Assembly (NCBI GenBank): GCA_050015395.1
Contig: JBEKBM010000004.1
Location: 32,001-96,000, forward strand
Length of the DNA stretch: 64,000 nucleotides
Origin: Candidatus Bathyarchaeia archaeon
Lineage (GTDB): Archaea > Thermoproteota > Bathyarchaeia > Bathyarchaeales > Bathycorpusculaceae
Direction of reading: 5' to 3'
Shown here: positions 39,931 through 50,268 of the stretch, piece after piece
How the letters are laid out: each line of letters opens with the position of its first letter
How positions within the stretch are numbered: position 1 is the first letter of the stretch
The notes under the pieces: model-generated
What the model was told of the DNA's origin: nothing
Seen by the model: only the letters and a program-made list of their open reading frames with translations
Databases searched by the model: none
Position numbers and translations under genes: made by a program

Positions 39931-40081
39931 CATTGGCGCTCGTGGAGAGGAGGAACACATACTAGGCTCGTTAGGTCGAGTCATTCATTACGGCACAAAG
40001 TTGAGGGAATGACTATAATACACAGCGTAGTAGATGATTTCAACTGGCACGACAGTCCATGAGATGCGGAGAGAAAGATGA

Positions 40082-40867
40082 ATGAGAGCAACAAACCTTC
40101 CGAAAAGAAGTGGTTCGTGTCGGATCTGGAAAACTATTCTCGGGTTCGGAGGAGACAAACACGGCAGGCTGCGCAAATACGGGCACTATCTCTTCGTAAT
40201 TTCAATACTCATAATATTACTGAGCGTTCTAGCCCTGCTGAACGTATATTTTCATTTAACCAACGTATCGTCCTATAATATCAATCAGGAAGGTGTGTCG
40301 TCGCCATTTTTGTTAGCGGGTTACCTCGGCATGTTCATTAGCGTCGCCATTTTACCAGTTCCTGATTACTTTCTCGTTCCAGCGTATGGTTATCTATCAT
40401 TGATAGGGATGTTCAATCCATATTACACGTTTCTAGTGTGCCTCGTGGGCGCCGTGTTTCCGATAGAGTACGTTTGCGGCAGACTTGCGGCCAGACCCCT
40501 ACTGTTGAAAGTCCTGTCCCTCCTCCGTATATCCGAGAAGAACATCGAAACGGCAGATAAATGGTTGGTGGAACACGGCATATTCTCCATTTTCATATCC
40601 ACCTTCATACCGTTCTTCTACAACGTCACTTCCCTGGCTGCCGGGACACTGAAAATGAATTCGGTCAGATTCTTTCTATCCAGTTCCGCAGGATTCGGGT
40701 TGAGATTCGTATTCCTTGAAGGCGTGGGCTACTACAGCATCTACATCTTCACGGCTTCATTTGACTATTCGCAAAGAACTCTCTTCTCTTTGCTCCTGAT
40801 TTTATCTTCTGTTTACGCGGCTCTTTATCTCGTAAGAACTTTAGCGCGCATGCTTGTTCGAAATTAG
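40082..40867 (+). CDS. DedA/VTT (SNARE-associated) family membrane protein
   Basis: LPVPDYFLVP, ADKWLVEHG..SIFISTFIP, SLAAGTLKM..RF; true start uncertain. Confidence 0.8.
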   Translation: MRATNLPKRSGSCRIWKTILGFGGDKHGRLRKYGHYLFVISILIILLSVLALLNVYFHLTNVSSYNINQEGVSSPFLLAGYLGMFISVAILPVPDYFLVPAYGYLSLIGMFNPYYTFLVCLVGAVFPIEYVCGRLAARPLLLKVLSLLRISEKNIETADKWLVEHGIFSIFISTFIPFFYNVTSLAAGTLKMNSVRFFLSSSAGFGLRFVFLEGVGYYSIYIFTASFDYSQRTLFSLLLILSSVYAALYLVRTLARMLVRN

Positions 40868-41112
40868 TTAGCGAAGTATCTGATGCTTCTCGTTTTGCCA
40901 ATTTTGTTTGTGTTAACGGCGGCTTGAGCCGTAATCAGCATGATTAGAATGCAGAGTTGAGAATGAAACGTTAAATTGACCAAACCTCGCAGATTGTGAT
41001 CTTTTAAGCCTACCAAGTTCTGATGCTTTCGTAAACAGGCTAATGGAATGTTTCTTCTCGTTCTCGTTGCCCGAAACCACAATCAATGCAATGGGCAATT
41101 CGCTTTTGACGT
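40853..41112 (-). mobile_element. Internally deleted DDE transposase remnant (IS5/IS1182-like)
   Basis: VKSELPIALIVVSGNENEKKH (post-second-Asp region) joined out of frame to C-terminal GLKDHNLRGLVNLTFHSQLCILIMLI...RSIRYFAN*. Confidence 0.65.
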
Positions 41113-41184
41113 GACCCCCCTAAATCATCAAGTAAAAAACGTACTCCTATTACTTACCGCTGAGCAGGCGAATAATATATAGGC

Positions 41185-42636
41185 TTATTGAGTTTTTAGC
41201 CAAAACGGTTTGCTCGAAAGAAAATCCGTCAAGAACTCAGCGAAATCAACATTTTCTTCATATACTGCACCTATTTCGGCGTCAACCAGAATCTTGTGGT
41301 TCTTACGGATTGATTTTGCAATCAGTTCAGCGACGCCAGCGTTTTTGCCTCCGTCTGCAAGCTTATCTTTTAAGAGCGCAACTGCATCTGTTGTTTTGCG
41401 TGGCACTTCAACTATCCAGCGTCCATCCTCAATAAATGGTCCAGAAACAACCTGTTTATTGTCGGCATATTTAGCTAAGAAATTCTCGCTTTCCACTTCT
41501 CGTTCAAGCGGCGGACCTAGGTGCTTTTTGATGTTTGGCAAAATTTGCTGTTCAAGCTCAAAGGTGAAGATGCTGAGGGTTTTTTCGTTGCTCCAGACAG
41601 TGTCTTTTAGGATTTTGTAATCGTTTAGCTCTAATAGTCTATGTAGTGAACGTTTTGTTCTGTATAGTTGTCCCCATAAAACGTCTGGAACAGCGCCCAC
41701 CTGGTCTATAACTAGAAATACAATGGATGAGCCGCGGCTCTCAAACTGGCTTTTCAAGCTTGCAACTGGTAGAGCCTGAGGTTTAGGCGGATAAAAGAAG
41801 GCTACGTCAGGCTTTTTTAGGAAGGCTCTGGCTGCGCCAACAAAACTGTACAGTTTCTGAGGCTGCACGGCTGAAGCTACGTTTCTTCCTTTATCAACGG
41901 GGTCAATGATCACTAATGGTTCAGGGAAAAGTAGGGAAAGCTCGTTTTCTCTGTTTTCGTAATAGTTTTCGATGTCTATTACTACTCGTTTATTGTACCG
42001 TGCAAAGGCTCGTATTGTTTCAGCGAACGAGCGGTATTTCATTATCAAGAGTTCGCAGAGGTAACCGCTGAATCCGCCGACTTTTATTTCTGCCCCATAA
42101 ACGCCGATGCCCTGCATGAACCTTTTAAGAAGCCGAACCTCTCCACGCAAGTCCACGGTTAAGTGTTTTTTAATGTAGTCTGTATGATACGGCGTTCGGT
42201 CAGTGGCGCTTTGCCATTCGCCAGGCTTGGCATCATAACAAGGGACAATATCCACGCGGTAGCCTTCAACGAATATTTGTAGGTAAGGATGCTCAGCAAA
42301 ACGTTCAATCTGCTCATAAGCGCCAGCCGCCTTTTTAGCAATCTTTAAGCCGATGTCGCCAAGATTTTTTCTTGGTATGGAGGTTGGTAGGCGCATGAAA
42401 ATGTCAATATCAGGATTTTCCCGAAGCCATGTGTCTTTAGCTACTGAGCCTTCAACACGCACAATCGCTGCAGTACCTTCTTGTTTGCAAGCCAAGGCCA
42501 CTTTCTGCTCTAACTCACGGGTTATAGCATCAACTTTTGCACGGTCTTCCTTCTCAGGCGTAATTTTCTTTAGAACTTGCTTGGTTATTGCTTCGATTTC
42601 CTGCATGGCTATCATTTTTGCTCCTGTGTCGGGCAA
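41185..42636 (-). CDS. cca: CCA-adding tRNA nucleotidyltransferase (class I)
   Basis: GSVAKDTWL..PDIDIF, AEHPY, DIVPCY, SATDRTPYH, GGFSGYLCEL. Confidence 0.95.
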   Translation of the reverse strand: MPDTGAKMIAMQEIEAITKQVLKKITPEKEDRAKVDAITRELEQKVALACKQEGTAAIVRVEGSVAKDTWLRENPDIDIFMRLPTSIPRKNLGDIGLKIAKKAAGAYEQIERFAEHPYLQIFVEGYRVDIVPCYDAKPGEWQSATDRTPYHTDYIKKHLTVDLRGEVRLLKRFMQGIGVYGAEIKVGGFSGYLCELLIMKYRSFAETIRAFARYNKRVVIDIENYYENRENELSLLFPEPLVIIDPVDKGRNVASAVQPQKLYSFVGAARAFLKKPDVAFFYPPKPQALPVASLKSQFESRGSSIVFLVIDQVGAVPDVLWGQLYRTKRSLHRLLELNDYKILKDTVWSNEKTLSIFTFELEQQILPNIKKHLGPPLEREVESENFLAKYADNKQVVSGPFIEDGRWIVEVPRKTTDAVALLKDKLADGGKNAGVAELIAKSIRKNHKILVDAEIGAVYEENVDFAEFLTDFLSSKPFWLKTQ

Positions 42637-43205
42637 TATTCTCTGAGCGTTGAGTAAGTTGGACCTTTCGGTGAAAGTTGGCTTTTTTTAAGCCGAAGGC
42701 AGTCGGCTTTGATTGTGCCGAACTCGTAATCGGCTTTTTTTGTTACCAGCTCAGCTAGGCGCTGCTTGTTTGCGCCGGATTTCACCCGTGCGATTGTTAA
42801 GTGTGGGCTGAACCCGTAAGCATCTGCCGCGAAGCCTAACGCGCGCATCTGTGGTTCTAGCTGGCTGAAAATGCTTTTGAGTTGTTCTACACCCTCGGTC
42901 AATCCAGCCCAAACAACTCTCGGGTAATTTATGCTGGGAAAAACTCCTAAACCCCGAAGTTGGGTGTTGAACGGGGTAAACTTGACTTTCTTCATTGCTT
43001 CATAAACTTTGTCCACCATGCCCGGGCTGATTGAGCCGAGAAAACGCATGGTTATGTGAATGTTTTGCGGCTCTACAAGTCTGAGGTCTGCGCCAGTTTC
43101 AACCAGAAGTTTCTGCACCGCCGAGAGCCTGTTCAGTACCGACTCGTTTTCCATGTCGAAAGCAATGAAGCTTCTTATTTGTTCAGACATCGCGTGTTCC
43201 TTCAA
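42612..43205 (-). CDS. thpR: RNA 2',3'-cyclic phosphodiesterase (2H family)
   Basis: HITMRFLG and HLTIAR 2H motifs; adjacent to cca. Confidence 0.93.
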   Translation of the reverse strand: MKEHAMSEQIRSFIAFDMENESVLNRLSAVQKLLVETGADLRLVEPQNIHITMRFLGSISPGMVDKVYEAMKKVKFTPFNTQLRGLGVFPSINYPRVVWAGLTEGVEQLKSIFSQLEPQMRALGFAADAYGFSPHLTIARVKSGANKQRLAELVTKKADYEFGTIKADCLRLKKSQLSPKGPTYSTLREYCPTQEQK

Positions 43206-43680
43206 GTATTTTTAACACTTATCCTTCATAAATGCTTTTTAATGCAATCGCTTCTGTTGGTGATGTCACCAACTCCGCCTTATTTTCCCTTTTCTTTTTG
43301 GAGGCTCAATGAAATGGAGCTTAATCGAGATTTTTCTATTGGCCTTTGCGACAGCGTAAACGTGAGTTTAGAGCTGATAAAGGCAAGAAACAGAGTTATC
43401 CTAAGCAGCGTAAACGCTGGAATTTAATTAGTCATGGACAAGCAAACATGAATTTAAATTTAAACCAAACAACCGAGCAACATTCAGTCATTAACAATAA
43501 TAAAGCGTTTAAAAATCCTCCAGAAATAAGAGAATATTGGCGCATCCACAAACAACAGCAAGAGCGCTGTTAAGCTATTGATTTTCCTTAAATTCTACTT
43601 AATTCTCTAATAAAGAGAGTTAATAAAATTAGTTTAAGATATCCTGTTATTCTTTCTATCCAAAAACTTAGTAATTTGCT

Positions 43681-44106
43681 TCATTTCGTGGGGAAAATGG
43701 CAACTTTGGTTACATCCAGTTTTTCCTTTAAGATTCTAATAGCTTCAGTGACGAGAGAATCATACTTCAAGTCAGCCTCTTTTCCTCGCTTAAATTTTTC
43801 ATGTGTAGTTCTGTGAACGAAAAAATTCCGTTCATTATTAATTTTAATCATATTTTCATGTTCTTCAGAATCAATTATTTTCAATACTTTAAGTACACGA
43901 GCTGCATCTCTAAGATAGAAATTCTCAAGAACGCTGTCAATTACCTCATGGTCTGCATTACATAACAAAAAATAATCTTTAATTTTCAAGCAACCATTAT
44001 GTTCAAGTTGTATTGCTGAGAGAACGATTGCAGTAAACCAATCATGCTCATTTTTGGCATTCTCGATAATTTCAAGTTGCGCTGTGTTGTAAAAAACTGC
44101 CGTCAT
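43681..44106 (-). CDS. Hypothetical protein with HEPN-like RxxxxH motif
   Basis: All-helical 141 aa; AIVLSAIQLE helix and RNFFVH motif; AT-rich. Confidence 0.6.
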   Translation of the reverse strand: MTAVFYNTAQLEIIENAKNEHDWFTAIVLSAIQLEHNGCLKIKDYFLLCNADHEVIDSVLENFYLRDAARVLKVLKIIDSEEHENMIKINNERNFFVHRTTHEKFKRGKEADLKYDSLVTEAIRILKEKLDVTKVAIFPTK

Positions 44107-44275
44107 AGTCTAATCCTTCATTTGGTTTAGATTTCTCGTTTATTTTATCGTTGAAACTATTTCTACGCTATTCAGATTTAAGACTTTTTAATTTTTAGAT
44201 AGAACAGGCTTTTCATAAAAAACAAATGCTTTTTAATGGAAACGTTTGCTAATATGAACTAAAAAAGGGTAAGTC

Positions 44276-44842
44276 ATGTACGCTGACAAGATAGTTGTTG
44301 GTTTAGCAGGGATGCCTGGGTCAGGTAAATCCTTGGTTGTTGAAACTGCACGCGAACTAGGCTACGCCATAGTGGTTATGGGCGACGTGATTAGAGACGA
44401 AACAGCAAATCGAGGCTTAGATTTAACTCCGCAGAACGTTGGGAAAGTTATGCTTCAATTACGAGAAGAGGGCGGAAACACCGTGGTCGCAGAGAAGTGC
44501 ATTCCTAAAATAGAAGCGCAAGCAAGCAGTAAAGTTCTTGTTGACGGTTTAAGAAGCCTATATGAAGTTGACGTTTTCAAAGCGCATTTTGCCAAGTTCA
44601 GCCTTGTTGCTGTGCATGCTTCTCCCGAAACGAGGTTTAACCGCCTCTTCAATCGCCATCGAAGTGATGACCCAAGCGGATGGGAAGTTTTCCGTGACCG
44701 GGACATGCGGGAGCTTAGTGTTGGCTTGGGCAATGTGGTTGCGATGGCTGAGCAGATGATAGTTAACGATAATAGTGTTGAGGAAGTTAAGCTTAAAGTT
44801 GTGGAGTCTTTGCAAAGGATTGAGGAAAAATGGCTGAAGTAA
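44276..44842 (+). CDS. UPF0200 P-loop kinase (dephospho-CoA kinase-like)
   Basis: GMPGSGKS, MGDVIR, DGLRS, RDMREL..GLG. Confidence 0.88.
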   Translation: MYADKIVVGLAGMPGSGKSLVVETARELGYAIVVMGDVIRDETANRGLDLTPQNVGKVMLQLREEGGNTVVAEKCIPKIEAQASSKVLVDGLRSLYEVDVFKAHFAKFSLVAVHASPETRFNRLFNRHRSDDPSGWEVFRDRDMRELSVGLGNVVAMAEQMIVNDNSVEEVKLKVVESLQRIEEKWLK

Positions 44843-45231
44843 CTGTTCACGTTGAAGCTGAAATTAACCCAACGGAAAACGAAGATAAAGTAAAAACGGT
44901 TGTAACTAACGTTTTAGGCAACGCTTCCATAACAATCACGCCTTCAGGCAAAGCAGACACATTAACTGCTGAAGCTAAGGGGCAGGATTCTCTCTTTAAA
45001 CTACGCAATATACTGCGCACTGACAGGATTCGAGACGCCGCCAGAAAAGCGCTCTTCCACAGCATAAGAGGAAACACTATTAGTTTTTGCTTAAACAAGC
45101 AAGTAGCGTTTGCAGGGCACATCTCCTTTTCTGAAGAAACAGCGGAATCACCCTTAGGCCCCATACGAGTAACAATTACGGCTGATAATCCAAGGCAGCT
45201 TATCGAGTGGCTGGCGGAAAAAACCTCGTAG
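44830..45231 (+). CDS. UPF0201/DUF54 RNA-binding protein
   Basis: INPTENEDKV, IRDAAR, LNKQVAFAG, SPLGPI. Confidence 0.88.
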   Translation: MAEVTVHVEAEINPTENEDKVKTVVTNVLGNASITITPSGKADTLTAEAKGQDSLFKLRNILRTDRIRDAARKALFHSIRGNTISFCLNKQVAFAGHISFSEETAESPLGPIRVTITADNPRQLIEWLAEKTS

Positions 45232-45248
45232 GCAAGAAGGACTAAAAT

Positions 45249-46268
45249 TTGTCTGCAAGGGCTAAAGTAACGAAAAACGGCGCGGTTCTGTTAGGTGACA
45301 GCGTTGCCTGCGACGCTTTTGACGAGCAGAGGCCTTTGCGGATTGTAACTCATGCGCACGCAGACCATCTTGGCGGCTTACGGAAAAGCTTGAAGTGCTG
45401 TGAGAAAGTTTTGATGACTAAGGCTACTAGAGACCTTGCGGAGGCACTTGACGACTCGCTGAAACTTCGAGACGCAGTAACCGAGACACTGGAGTACGGC
45501 AAAACCGTCAGGTATGGTGAAGAGCAGATTACGCTTGTTAAGGCAGACCATATTTTGGGTGCCGCACAAGTGCTGGTTGAGGATGCTGGCGGAATACGGG
45601 TTGCTTACTCTGGCGACTTCAGGATTGACGACACTCCCGTTGTTGAATGTGACGTTTTGGTTGTTGAGGCAACTTATGGGAGTCCATCATGCAGGCGCTC
45701 TTTTGATGTGGATGTACGTGAACTTTTAGTTACAATGATTGAAAAACGCTTGCGCGGCGGCGCTGTCTACGTTTTCGGGTATCATGGCAAACTGCAAGAA
45801 ATCATGCAGCTTCTAAGAAATGCGGACGTCGCTGTGCCGTTTGTTATGCCACAGCGGATTTATCAGGTTACGAAAGTTTGCGAGCAACACGGTATGCAGC
45901 TGGGTTGCTTGTCGCTTTCCACCGATGCGGATGGGCGTGAACTTCTGGGTGGGAACCTTCCATGCGTCGCCTTTTACCACATGAATTCTCGTGAATACGT
46001 GGGCTTGAATAATGCGCGTATCTGCGTTAGCGGTTGGGAATTCAATTCGCCTTGCAGGCAGATTGGCGACAGGGAATATTTAGTTGCGTTAAGTGACCAC
46101 TCAGATTTCGACGGTTTAATAGAGTATGTTAAGCGTTCAAGAGCAAAACAAGTTATCACAGACAATTATCGAGTGAGTCACGGCGCAGTTTTAGCTAAGG
46201 AAATCCGCAAGCGCTTAGGCGTTTCCGCAGTGGCAATGCCCAGAACCCCAGGGCAAACCACGCTGTAG
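45249..46268 (+). CDS. MBL-fold/beta-CASP nuclease-like protein
   Basis: THAHADH, HILGAAQ, YSGDF, EATYG, LSDHSDF. Confidence 0.85.
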   Translation: MSARAKVTKNGAVLLGDSVACDAFDEQRPLRIVTHAHADHLGGLRKSLKCCEKVLMTKATRDLAEALDDSLKLRDAVTETLEYGKTVRYGEEQITLVKADHILGAAQVLVEDAGGIRVAYSGDFRIDDTPVVECDVLVVEATYGSPSCRRSFDVDVRELLVTMIEKRLRGGAVYVFGYHGKLQEIMQLLRNADVAVPFVMPQRIYQVTKVCEQHGMQLGCLSLSTDADGRELLGGNLPCVAFYHMNSREYVGLNNARICVSGWEFNSPCRQIGDREYLVALSDHSDFDGLIEYVKRSRAKQVITDNYRVSHGAVLAKEIRKRLGVSAVAMPRTPGQTTL

Positions 46269-46348
46269 CATTAGGGTTTTTGGCTAAAGAAAGTTAAAGC
46301 TTAAAAGCGGAAAATCAAACTACACTCAACTTACAAGAGAGCAAAGGA

Positions 46349-47629
46349 ATGAAGAGAATGAGCAAATCATCAGTTATTTCAGGCTTCTATAAGCTTTCGC
46401 CGAAAGAGCGTTTAGCAATCGTTAAAGATTTCGCAGGCTTAACCGATGAGGAAGTCCGTTTACTTGAGGACACAGGTTCCGTGTCCATTGATTTGGTTGA
46501 CCACATGGTGGAGAACGTTATCGGCGTTTTCCCTGAACCATTAGGCATCGCAGGCAACTTCCAAATTAACGGTAAAGACTATTTGATTCCGATGGCGACT
46601 GAAGAGCCAAGCGTGATCGCCGCTGCCAGCTACGCGGCTAAAATGGTAAGGGACGGCGGAGGATTTCACACCAGCAGTACAGCGCCGATTATGATTGGGC
46701 AAATCCAAGTTGTCGGCATCAAGGATGCTAAAGCGGCTAAGAAGCAGGTTTTAGATGCTAAAGCTGATGTTCTTAAGAAGGCGAATGACCAAGACCCAGT
46801 TTTGAACTCTTTCGGCGGCGGAGCAAAAGACCTGGACGCTAAAATCATCGACACTTCGTTGGGGCAGATGTTGATTGTAGAGTTGTATGTTGATTGTCGA
46901 GATGCCATGGGCGGGAACGCTGTTAATACTATGGCTGAAGCAGTGGCGCCGCTAATTGAGCAGCTTACGGGCGGTCACGTTTATTTGCGCATTATCTCTA
47001 ACTTAGCCACTAAACGATTGGCGAAAGCATGGTGCTCCGTGCCCAAGGAATCGCTAGGCGGGGAAGCAGTTGTGGACGGCATCGCTTACGCCTCGGCTTT
47101 TGCAGAAGCTGACCCTTACCGCGCAGCAACACATAACAAAGGCGCCATGAACGGCATAATAGCAGTGGTTCTTGCAACGGGAAATGACCACCGCGCTATT
47201 GAGGCTGGCGCTCACGCTTATGCCGCGTTAAAAGGACCATACACTTCCATATCAAAATGGACAAAAAACAAAAACGGCGACTTAGAAGGCGTAATCGAGC
47301 TGCCGATGGCGGTAGGCTTAATCGGCGGCGCAGTAAAAACTCATCCGATAGCAAGAGTTGCCATGAAAATCTTAGGCGTCAAATCAGCTAACGAGTTCGC
47401 TGAAGTCTTAGCAGCCGTCGGACTAGCCCAAAATCTAGGCGCCTTGCGAGCGCTGGCGAATGAGGGAATTCAGCGCGGTCACATGTCTCTGCACGCAAGA
47501 AACATCGCAATTACCGCGGGAGCCAAAGACGATTTGGTTGATAAAGTTGCAGAGCGGATGGTTAAGGAACGAAAGGTTCGAGTGGACAGAGCCAAAGAAA
47601 TCCTTGAAGAATTAACCAAAAAACAATAG
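46349..47629 (+). CDS. mvaA: Class II HMG-CoA reductase
   Basis: ENVIG, ATEEPSV, DAMGGN, ATHNKG, GIQRGHMSLH. Confidence 0.94.
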   Translation: MKRMSKSSVISGFYKLSPKERLAIVKDFAGLTDEEVRLLEDTGSVSIDLVDHMVENVIGVFPEPLGIAGNFQINGKDYLIPMATEEPSVIAAASYAAKMVRDGGGFHTSSTAPIMIGQIQVVGIKDAKAAKKQVLDAKADVLKKANDQDPVLNSFGGGAKDLDAKIIDTSLGQMLIVELYVDCRDAMGGNAVNTMAEAVAPLIEQLTGGHVYLRIISNLATKRLAKAWCSVPKESLGGEAVVDGIAYASAFAEADPYRAATHNKGAMNGIIAVVLATGNDHRAIEAGAHAYAALKGPYTSISKWTKNKNGDLEGVIELPMAVGLIGGAVKTHPIARVAMKILGVKSANEFAEVLAAVGLAQNLGALRALANEGIQRGHMSLHARNIAITAGAKDDLVDKVAERMVKERKVRVDRAKEILEELTKKQ

Positions 47630-47637
47630 TTTTTTTG

Positions 47638-50146
47638 CCTTATATCCTTGTTTTGATGGATCACCTTTTTGGACGTCTTGTAAGTGTATGATGCGGTAGA
47701 TTTCAGCCTGGTTTCAATCCTTGTTTTGATGGATCACCTTTTTGGATTACACGCAACTTAAGGAAAGTTGGAAAATACATTGTTTCAATCCTTGTTTTGA
47801 TGGATCACCTTTTTGGACGTTCTTTAAAACTATGAATGCTATCTGTATCTGTAGTTTCAATCCTTGTTTTGATGGATCACCTTTTTGGACTCCAACTTGA
47901 ATTTCTGATTCAATCAGCAGTTTGGTTGTTTCAATCCTTGTTTTGATGGATCACCTTTTTGGACTGTCGCTGAAGCTGTCAATAATGCGTTTCGAAGCCT
48001 GCTGTTTCAATCCTTGTTTTGATGGATCACCTTTTTGGACATTGGCAGAAATTTGTTTGGTGCCTTTATCACAGTTTCAATCCTTGTTTTGATGGATCAC
48101 CTTTTTGGACAGCTATAAAGGAAAATGAAAGCATGGCTCGATACTTGTTTCAATCCTTGTTTTGATGGATCACCTTTTTGGACGATTCACGCGAACAGCC
48201 CAGAAGTAACACGTGAAATGATGTTTCAATCCTTGTTTTGATGGATCACCTTTTTGGACGATTCACGCGAACAGCCCAGAAGTAACACGTGAAATGATGT
48301 TTCAATCCTTGTTTTGATGGATCACCTTTTTGGACAAGCGTCTATGGCGGCTTATAATGAACTTTTCAGTTGTTTCAATCCTTGTTTTGATGGATCACCT
48401 TTTTGGACCAGAACGCGGGCGCAGGCTTCGCAGATTTAGCAAGGGTTTCAATCCTTGTTTTGATGGATCACCTTTTTGGACCATAATCAAGCGGCAAACC
48501 CAAGTTGGGAACCCTAGTTTCAATCCTTGTTTTGATGGATCACCTTTTTGGACAAAAACATGGCGCAACTTCATACTGGAGTTGGCTAAAGTTTCAATCC
48601 TTGTTTTGATGGATCACCTTTTTGGACACCTCATGTATCTACCGCAATTCAGTTTATGGAGTGTTTCAATCCTTGTTTTGATGGATCACCTTTTTGGACC
48701 GCGGTTTTAACAGGCATCGTAACGGGCACGTATAGTTTCAATCCTTGTTTTGATGGATCACCTTTTTGGACATCGTAGAACTTACAATGCCCGCGCTCGT
48801 CATTAAGTTTCAATCCTTGTTTTGATGGATCACCTTTTTGGACTTCCTCTAGGATTCTTTAACGCATAAGTTATATTGTTTCAATCCTTGTTTTGATGGA
48901 TCACCTTTTTGGACGTCTACTTGGCAGGAGTGGAAAGCAGCGGTTTACTGTTTCAATCCTTGTTTTGATGGATCACCTTTTTGGACTCTTTCAATTTTTA
49001 TTTCCTCATATCACGTATATTTAGTTTCAATCCTTGTTTTGATGGATCACCTTTTTGGACTGTTTTGCGCATGCGGCGCCTGCAGCTGAAGAGTTGTTTC
49101 AATCCTTGTTTTGATGGATCACCTTTTTGGACCTGATTTCTGGAATATGGTTTCAGCGCCAACAATGTTTCAATCCTTGTTTTGATGGATCACCTTTTTG
49201 GACACCGTTCTGCTTCACGAAAGTCGCGCTTTTACCCGGTTTCAATCCTTGTTTTGATGGATCACCTTTTTGGACCATGCATCCAGAAATCGCAACAGGT
49301 ACTTTGCAGGATAGTTTCAATCCTTGTTTTGATGGATCACCTTTTTGGACAACCCCTTAACTTTCGCCCTATTCTCCAAAATAAGAAGTTTCAATCCTTG
49401 TTTTGATGGATCACCTTTTTGGACTTTTGTAGACGCTTTTGATATTGCAATGGTACCGATGTTTCAATCCTTGTTTTGATGGATCACCTTTTTGGACCCT
49501 TGCGCTGAATCGCGTCCCTGCAAACTCGCGTAAGTTTCAATCCTTGTTTTGATGGATCACCTTTTTGGACACTGGTAGTTCTGGTTTAATAAGTGTTACT
49601 TATCCTTGTTTCAATCCTTGTTTTGATGGATCACCTTTTTGGACTTTTAATATTATTATCCTTAAACTGTTCAACACCAGTTTCAATCCTTGTTTTGATG
49701 GATCACCTTTTTGGACTAAAGCTGTTGCATACCACCACCACTATTAGATTGTTTCAATCCTTGTTTTGATGGATCACCTTTTTGGACACGGAGGGATAAA
49801 GCAAAGTGAGTGGAGCTCCTGGTTTCAATCCTTGTTTTGATGGATCACCTTTTTGGACACAGCCTTCGGAATCCGAAGGTTAGCACTTACCAAAAACGTT
49901 TCAATCCTTGTTTTGATGGATCACCTTTTTGGACGGATATTTTGGGTTTTACGATTTTAGAATCTGCAGTTTCAATCCTTGTTTTGATGGATCACCTTTT
50001 TGGAGTTTACATCGCGCTTGTTGACACGAACGGAAGCGTGTTTCAATCCTTGTTTTGATGGATCACCTTTTTGGACATTCTTGACGACCGCGAAACGAAA
50101 AACACGCATGTTTCAATCCTTGTTTTGATGGATCACCTTTTTGGAC
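47638..50146 (-). CRISPR. CRISPR array: 35 repeats (37 bp, GTCCAAAAAGGTGATCCATCAAAACAAGGATTGAAAC) and 34 spacers of 33-39 bp
   Basis: Counted manually. The degenerate terminal repeat at 47638-47674 and the ATTGAAAC 3' end orient the array on the minus strand. Confidence 0.98.
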
Positions 50147-50268
50147 AGCCGGCAAATTGGGGTTTATTGTGTGTTCGAGGCAGGTTTTGTGCTTTTTTGG
50201 AAATTGATTTTTCATGATCTCTTGATTATTAGAGCCTTTATAAAGAAAAGGCTTTGCCCAAAAATTCC
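50147..50268 (-). promoter_or_regulatory. CRISPR leader
   Basis: AT-rich segment between the cas4 stop and the first intact repeat; TTTATAAA box at about 50237-50244. Confidence 0.7.

Noticed and set aside
39625-40012. ORF-track 119-aa and 60-aa proteins
   Set aside because: Chimeric or out-of-frame readings of the CBS remnant and LpdA fragment.
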